Assembly: GCA_038227875.1 (NCBI GenBank)
Contig: JBBRPR010000099.1
Span: 1-19,653 of the forward strand
Source of the DNA: Planctomycetota bacterium
Lineage (GTDB): Bacteria; Planctomycetota; SZUA-567; H5-PLA8
Direction: 5' to 3'
DNA length: 19,653 nucleotides
Positions 15,178 through 19,653 of the stretch are shown here, piece after piece. The stretch's first letter is position 1. Each line of letters opens with the position of its first letter. The notes under the pieces are model-generated. The model did not search any database, had not been told where the DNA came from, and saw only the letters and a list, made by a program, of their open reading frames with translations. Position numbers and translations under genes: made by a program.

Positions 15178-17373
15178 ATGTCCATCCCCATCGCCCTCGT
15201 CTGGCATCAGCACCAACCGTACTACAAGGACCTGCAGTCCGGCGAAATGCTGCTGCCCTGGGTGCGATTGCATGGGATCAAGGATTATTACGGGATGGCG
15301 CGGCTGATCTCGGAATTTCCGGGGATGCGCTGCACCATCAATCTCGTGCCGTCGATGCTGTCGCAGCTGGAAGATTACGTTGAACGCGACGCGACGGACC
15401 CGTTTCTGCGGCGCACGGTGATCCACGCCGATGCGCTGAGCGAACTCGATACGCATTTTATTCTCGATCACTTCTTCATGGCGCAGTGGGACCGCATGAT
15501 CCGCGTCCATCCGCGCTACGGCCAGTTGCTGGAGATGCGCAAGCTCGGCCGGCGATCCGTGATCCGCGCGGCGGAGGAATTCAGCAAGCAGGATCTGCGC
15601 GATCTGCAGGTGTGGTTCAATCTCGCCTGGTTTCATCCGGTCAGCTTTGAAGAATCCGAAGCGCTGCGGTCGCTGCGGGCCAAGGGCAGGGATTTCAGCG
15701 AAGAAGACAAGTCCGTGATGCTCGCCGAACAGAAAACCGTGCTCGCCCGCGTCATCCCACTGCACAAGGAACTGCTCGCGCGGCATCAGGTCGAGCTGAC
15801 GACGACGCCATTTTATCATCCAATCCTGCCGCTGCTGTGCGACATGCGGAGCGCGCAGATTGCGATGCCCGGCACGCCGATGCCCAAGGGCCATGTCTCG
15901 CTGGCAGTCGACGCGGAGATGCAGGTCAAGCGCGCGGTCGAGTACCACAAGCAGCTCTTCGGCGCGGCGCCGACGGGGATGTGGCCGTCGGAGGGCTCAG
16001 TCAGCCCGGAAATGGTTCCGATCGTCGCGCGGCACGGCATTCAATGGATCGCGACCGACGAGGAAATTCTGAGCGCGTCAATCGCCACGGGTTTACGCAA
16101 CGGGTCGGGCATTCTCGAGAAGCCGGGTCTACTCTACCGCGGCTGGAATTGCGGCACGCCCGGCGCAAGCGTGAACATGGTCTTCCGCGATCACCATCTC
16201 TCCGATCTGATCGGCTTCCAGTATCAGGGCTGGGACGGCGAAGCGGCGGCTGACGATTTCATCGCGCGCGCGCACGCCACGGCCGCGGAGCGACCGGCCG
16301 GCGACGAAACGATGATCGCCGTGGTGCTCGACGGCGAGAATTGCTGGGAACACTACCCGAATCAGGGCATCGGATTTTTGCGCGCGCTTTACGGGAAGTT
16401 GCAGCGCGGCGGCGGTCCGCTCCAGCCGGTGCGCGTCAGCGACCATCTCCACGCTCATCCGCCGGCGCATCGCATCGAGAAATTGTTCTCAGGGTCGTGG
16501 ATCAACCACGATTTCTACATCTGGGCCGGCCACGCCGAAGACCGCCGCGCATGGGAATATGTCTACCGCACGCGCGAAGATCTGGTCGCGGCGACGAGCA
16601 AAGGAAACATCGCGCCGGAAGCTCTGGCCCAAGCGTGGGAAGAGTTATACATCGCGGAAGGTTCCGACTGGTACTGGTGGTATGGCGACGACCACAGTTC
16701 CGGCAACGACGCGGCGTTCGATTCGCTCTTCCGCACGCATCTGAAAAACGTTTACGTGTTCCTGGGTCTGGAACCGCCGGCGTTTCTCAATGTCGCCGTC
16801 AAAGGTCTGGCTCACGCGCGGCGCTACACCATGCCGCAGACGACGCTGGCGATCAAAGTCGACGGGCATGTCTCGAGCTACTTCGAATGGCTCGGCGCCG
16901 GACGTTACCGTGCGGACAAGGAAGGCGGCGTGATGACCGCAGCCAACGCGTCGCTGGTCGAGCAGATTTTTTTCGGCTACGACAAGAAACACCTCTGCGT
17001 GCGTGTCGACCTGCGTAGCGCCAATCCCGCCGATCCGTCGGACGAAACGCCGGCAGCGAAAAGCCATCACGTCAACGGCGTGGCGGTACGCTTCACTGCG
17101 CCGCAGCCGCTTTCGCTGCTGATCGATCCACTGCAGACTTCCGCGCCGCGATATGAAGGGCTGTGGAAAACCAATGCCTCTCAAGTGGCTTGGCATGACG
17201 TGCTGGAATTCAAGATTCCCTTCGCCGCGATGGGCGCGTTGCCGCAGCAGGAATTGAATTTTTACGTCGAAGTCCTCGCCACCGACCGCCCCAGTGAACG
17301 CTACCCGCGGTCGTGCACGCTGGATCTGGTGGTCCCGCCGGAAAACGCGCAGGAAATGGAGTGGATGGTTTGA
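15178..17373 (+). CDS. Glycoside hydrolase family 57 (amylopullulanase/alpha-amylase-like) with C-terminal beta-domain
   Basis: GH57 conserved regions WHQHQPYY, VELTTTPFYHPILPLL, GMWPSEGS (nucleophile Glu), VVLDGENCWE (acid/base Asp) and AEGSDWYWW. No signal peptide. Confidence 0.93.
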   Translation: MSIPIALVWHQHQPYYKDLQSGEMLLPWVRLHGIKDYYGMARLISEFPGMRCTINLVPSMLSQLEDYVERDATDPFLRRTVIHADALSELDTHFILDHFFMAQWDRMIRVHPRYGQLLEMRKLGRRSVIRAAEEFSKQDLRDLQVWFNLAWFHPVSFEESEALRSLRAKGRDFSEEDKSVMLAEQKTVLARVIPLHKELLARHQVELTTTPFYHPILPLLCDMRSAQIAMPGTPMPKGHVSLAVDAEMQVKRAVEYHKQLFGAAPTGMWPSEGSVSPEMVPIVARHGIQWIATDEEILSASIATGLRNGSGILEKPGLLYRGWNCGTPGASVNMVFRDHHLSDLIGFQYQGWDGEAAADDFIARAHATAAERPAGDETMIAVVLDGENCWEHYPNQGIGFLRALYGKLQRGGGPLQPVRVSDHLHAHPPAHRIEKLFSGSWINHDFYIWAGHAEDRRAWEYVYRTREDLVAATSKGNIAPEALAQAWEELYIAEGSDWYWWYGDDHSSGNDAAFDSLFRTHLKNVYVFLGLEPPAFLNVAVKGLAHARRYTMPQTTLAIKVDGHVSSYFEWLGAGRYRADKEGGVMTAANASLVEQIFFGYDKKHLCVRVDLRSANPADPSDETPAAKSHHVNGVAVRFTAPQPLSLLIDPLQTSAPRYEGLWKTNASQVAWHDVLEFKIPFAAMGALPQQELNFYVEVLATDRPSERYPRSCTLDLVVPPENAQEMEWMV

Positions 17374-18083
17374 GCGATTCGCAGCCTTCAACACCCCGCA
17401 CACTTTCGGTGATCAAACTGCGCGCGCCGCTCCGCTTTCAGGACGGCGTCGAGCTGCAGAAACTTCACGCCGCCGAATTGGAGCATTCCACCGAGCAGCT
17501 CGCGAAGCTGATTCTGCTACAGCACAACCCGGTCTTTACGCTCGGTCGAAAAACCGAGCCCGGCCATCTGCTCTGCAGCGAGCACGACCTGGCCGTGCGC
17601 ACCGGCGCGGAGGTGATCCACGCCGACCGCGGCGGTTCGATCACGTACCACGGCCCCGGGCAGCTCGTCGGGTATCTGCTGCTCAATCTTCACGCGTGGA
17701 AGATCGGCATCCACACGCATCTGGATCTGCTCGAAGACGCCGCCATTCGGACGCTCGGGCGTTTCGGCGTGACCGGCCACCGTGAACAAGGCATGACGGG
17801 CATCTGGGTGAACCCCGGCGGCGACATCACGAAGCCGCGCGAAAAGATCTGCGCCATCGGCGTCAGCGCGCGGCGCTGGGTCACGTACCACGGCCTGAGC
17901 CTCAACGTCGATCTGCCGCTCGACCCGTTCCGCGAAGTGATCCCATGCGGCTTGAAAGGTAAAGGCGTAACGACGCTGGCCAAAGTGCTTCAACGCGAAG
18001 TCTGCATCAGCGACGTCGAGTACGCGATGGCGGCGGCGTTCGGCGAGACGCTGGGGGCGACGGTGGAAACGGGAATGGTTTAA
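17370..18083 (+). CDS. lipB: Lipoyl(octanoyl) transferase LipB
   Basis: Motifs LLQHNPVFTLG, RGGSITYHGPGQLVGY, KICAIGV, TYHGLSLN and IPCGL. Probable TTG start overlaps the GH57 stop (TTGA) with GGAG 8 nt upstream. Start uncertain. Confidence 0.92.
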   Translation: MSDSQPSTPRTLSVIKLRAPLRFQDGVELQKLHAAELEHSTEQLAKLILLQHNPVFTLGRKTEPGHLLCSEHDLAVRTGAEVIHADRGGSITYHGPGQLVGYLLLNLHAWKIGIHTHLDLLEDAAIRTLGRFGVTGHREQGMTGIWVNPGGDITKPREKICAIGVSARRWVTYHGLSLNVDLPLDPFREVIPCGLKGKGVTTLAKVLQREVCISDVEYAMAAAFGETLGATVETGMV

Positions 18084-18088
18084 ACGGC

Positions 18089-18236
18089 ATTGCGGATTTC
18101 GGATTGCGGATTGCGGATTAGAATGGTGGACGAATTGCAAGTCGGGTGCGTTCCTTAATTCTGTTACGCGGATCGATTCTTCGCACCGGACAATTTTCCT
18201 TCGCTAATCCGCAATCCGAAATCCGCAATCCGCAAT
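18089..18236. repeat. Inverted pair of ATTGCGG heptamer arrays between convergent genes (probable terminator-like hairpin)
   Basis: ATTGCGG ATTTCGG ATTGCGG ATTGCGG ATTAG (18089-18121) and CTAAT CCGCAAT CCGAAAT CCGCAAT CCGCAAT (18204-18236) are complementary at 31/33. Confidence 0.85.
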
Positions 18237-18241
18237 AATCA

Positions 18242-18937
18242 CTATCCGTGCGCATCGTTTTTCAGTTCGCCCCCCAGCGCGTCTGGCGGTCTCTCCCCCC
18301 ACGCTTCGCCAAAGACCACGTCCGACAGCGGCAACCGCGGGAGCCAGCCGGTGGTTTGGAGCATCGGTTGAGCGGCGAATTCGGGGACGTAGCCGACGCA
18401 GAGGTACGCGATGGGCAGTACGTGCGAGGGGATGCCGAGGAGTTCTCGGAGACACTCGGGTTCGAGAATGCTGACCCAGCCGACGCCGATACCTTCCACG
18501 CGCGCGGCGAGCCAGAGATTCTGAATCGCGCAGCAGGTGCTGTAGACATCGGTGTCGCGAATGGTGTTGCGGCCGATCACCACCGGCCCGAAGCGCGTGG
18601 GATCGCAGGTGACGCAGATGTTCAGCGCTGAATCGAGAATGCCTTCAAGCTTGTAGGCGAGGTACTTCTCCTTGCGCTCGCCGTCGAAGGCTTCCGCCGC
18701 TTTCAAACGCTGAGCGTCCACGTGGTCGCGGATCCGCTGGCGCGTGACTCGGTTTTCGACAACGAGAAAATTCCACGGCTGCATGAACCCCACAGACCCG
18801 GCGTGGTGCGCCGCGGAAAGGATGCGCGCGAGAACTTCCGGCGGAATCGGATCGGAGCGAAAACTGCGGACATCGCGCCGGCGCATGATCGCCTGGTAAA
18901 GTCCGTCCTTCCAATGTTGGGGGAATTCATCGTCCAT
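18242..18937 (-). CDS. bluB: 5,6-dimethylbenzimidazole synthase BluB
   Basis: Motifs RRDVRSF, AAHHAGSVGFMQPWNF, YKLEGI, VIGRNT and YSTCCAIQNLWLAARVEGIGVGWVS. Start set at ATG 18937 (alternative 18946). Confidence 0.9.
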   Translation of the reverse strand: MDDEFPQHWKDGLYQAIMRRRDVRSFRSDPIPPEVLARILSAAHHAGSVGFMQPWNFLVVENRVTRQRIRDHVDAQRLKAAEAFDGERKEKYLAYKLEGILDSALNICVTCDPTRFGPVVIGRNTIRDTDVYSTCCAIQNLWLAARVEGIGVGWVSILEPECLRELLGIPSHVLPIAYLCVGYVPEFAAQPMLQTTGWLPRLPLSDVVFGEAWGERPPDALGGELKNDAHG

Positions 18938-18944
18938 GGAGGCC

Positions 18945-18973
18945 ATCGTGCGGTTTTTGAGCGCGGAAGTCAA
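18945..18973 (-). promoter_or_regulatory. Candidate promoter for a leaderless bluB transcript
   Basis: Minus strand TTGACT(18973-18968)-N17-CACGAT(18950-18945)-N7-ATG(18937). No SD. Confidence 0.5.
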
Positions 18974-19033
18974 TCGGGCGTGGGAAAATTGAAGCGCGAT
19001 ATGTCCGGCGGTGATTTCGGTCAAGCGATGAGC

Positions 19034-19330
19034 TCAATTCGCTTCGGTGTTCTTCAGTGCTGACTGCAGCACCTTGAGTCTAGCTTGCTCGGCGCTGATC
19101 TCGTCCTGCAACTGGTGGATGTGCGTCTCAATTTCAGCGCTGCGCTTTTTGATTCCTTCGATTTCCGCGGGACGGTCGCGCTCAGACTCCGGAATCGGGA
19201 CCAGCGTAATCGTAATTTTGTCGGTGTTGACCGCCGGACGCATCAGGTAGCGGAAAAATTTATAGCCGCCCAAAACCATCAAAACCAGAATCAGAAATAG
19301 CGCGCTGAGAAAGATGCCTGCTCTTTTCAT
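19034..19330 (-). CDS. Small hypothetical membrane-anchored coiled-coil protein
   Basis: N-terminal TM 'GIFLSALFLILVLMVLGGY'. Heptad C-terminus 'IKKRSAEIETHIHQLQDEISAEQARLKVLQSALK'. AGGTGG SD-like sequence upstream. Confidence 0.7.
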   Translation of the reverse strand: MKRAGIFLSALFLILVLMVLGGYKFFRYLMRPAVNTDKITITLVPIPESERDRPAEIEGIKKRSAEIETHIHQLQDEISAEQARLKVLQSALKNTEAN

Positions 19331-19470
19331 TGAGTCACCACCTGTTCGAAAGAGTCATATGGGATTTTCTATCATGTCTCAGGTGCTGCGGCCACATAAA
19401 TCGGTGCGCGAAACCTGGCATTTAGTTGCGACCTACGTACTACCGGGAATGCAATGCGCGCGCTTCCCGC

Positions 19471-19498
19471 TTGAATCTTTTGGCGCGCGGCGTAGCAT
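19471..19498 (+). promoter_or_regulatory. Candidate sigma70 promoter for tRNA-Pro
   Basis: TTGAAT-N16-TAGCAT ends 17 nt before the tRNA 5' end. Confidence 0.45.
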
Positions 19499-19515
19499 CC
19501 CTGTGCACGCGATTA

Positions 19516-19590
19516 CGGGGCGTAGCTCAGCTTGGCTAGAGCGCCTGGTTTGGGACCAGGAGGTCGCAGGTTCGAATCCTGTCGCCCCGA
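19516..19590 (+). tRNA. tRNA-Pro (anticodon TGG), CCA not encoded
   Basis: Acceptor stem CGGGGCG/CGCCCCG plus discriminator A. D-arm GCTC...GAGC. Anticodon arm CCTGG-TT-TGG-GA-CCAGG (TGG at 19551-19553). T-loop GGTTCGAATCC. Confidence 0.97.
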
Positions 19591-19653
19591 TATTTCTGAA
19601 GGTCTAAATTGCGCTCCACCCCTGCACGTTTAGCGGAGCTTGCCAAATTGGTA

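Noticed and set aside
18089..18236. CRISPR array
   Set aside because: The repeats are contiguous heptamers in inverted orientation, with no unique spacers and no cas genes.
19034..19330. FtsB/DivIC assignment for the TM + coiled-coil protein
   Set aside because: It lacks the conserved C-terminal FtsB motif and the usual gene context, so it is left as hypothetical.
19516..19653. tRNA-Pro as an island integration site
   Set aside because: No integrase or duplicated tRNA 3' end is visible. The window ends 63 bp downstream, so this cannot be assessed.

Overview
A GC-rich bacterial chromosomal window. The DLG-type Hanks kinase, PKD/Ig secreted protein, ECF/anti-sigma pair and intergenic heptamer/REP repeats suggest a Planctomycetota-like organism (inference). 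Gene order: composite intergenic repeats; (-) secreted beta-propeller/Ig/Ig/PKD protein translationally coupled to a GntR-HTH/LacI-sensor regulator, under an AT-rich region with three palindromes; (+) membrane Ser/Thr kinase; (-) DUF6624-like exported protein; (+) secreted alpha/beta hydrolase, class I SAM methyltransferase and bshC; GTAG-type REP pair; (-) ECF sigma, zf-HC2 anti-sigma, Spy/CpxP-like protein and unknown secreted protein; (+) GH57 and lipB; heptamer inverted repeat; (-) bluB and a small membrane coiled-coil protein; (+) tRNA-Pro(TGG). No transposase, integrase or CRISPR array is visible. Best leads: a methyltransferase-bshC couple (possible modified bacillithiol), a possibly shared unnamed C-terminal domain in two secreted proteins, a helically phased operator array, and leaderless promoter architecture at three genes.
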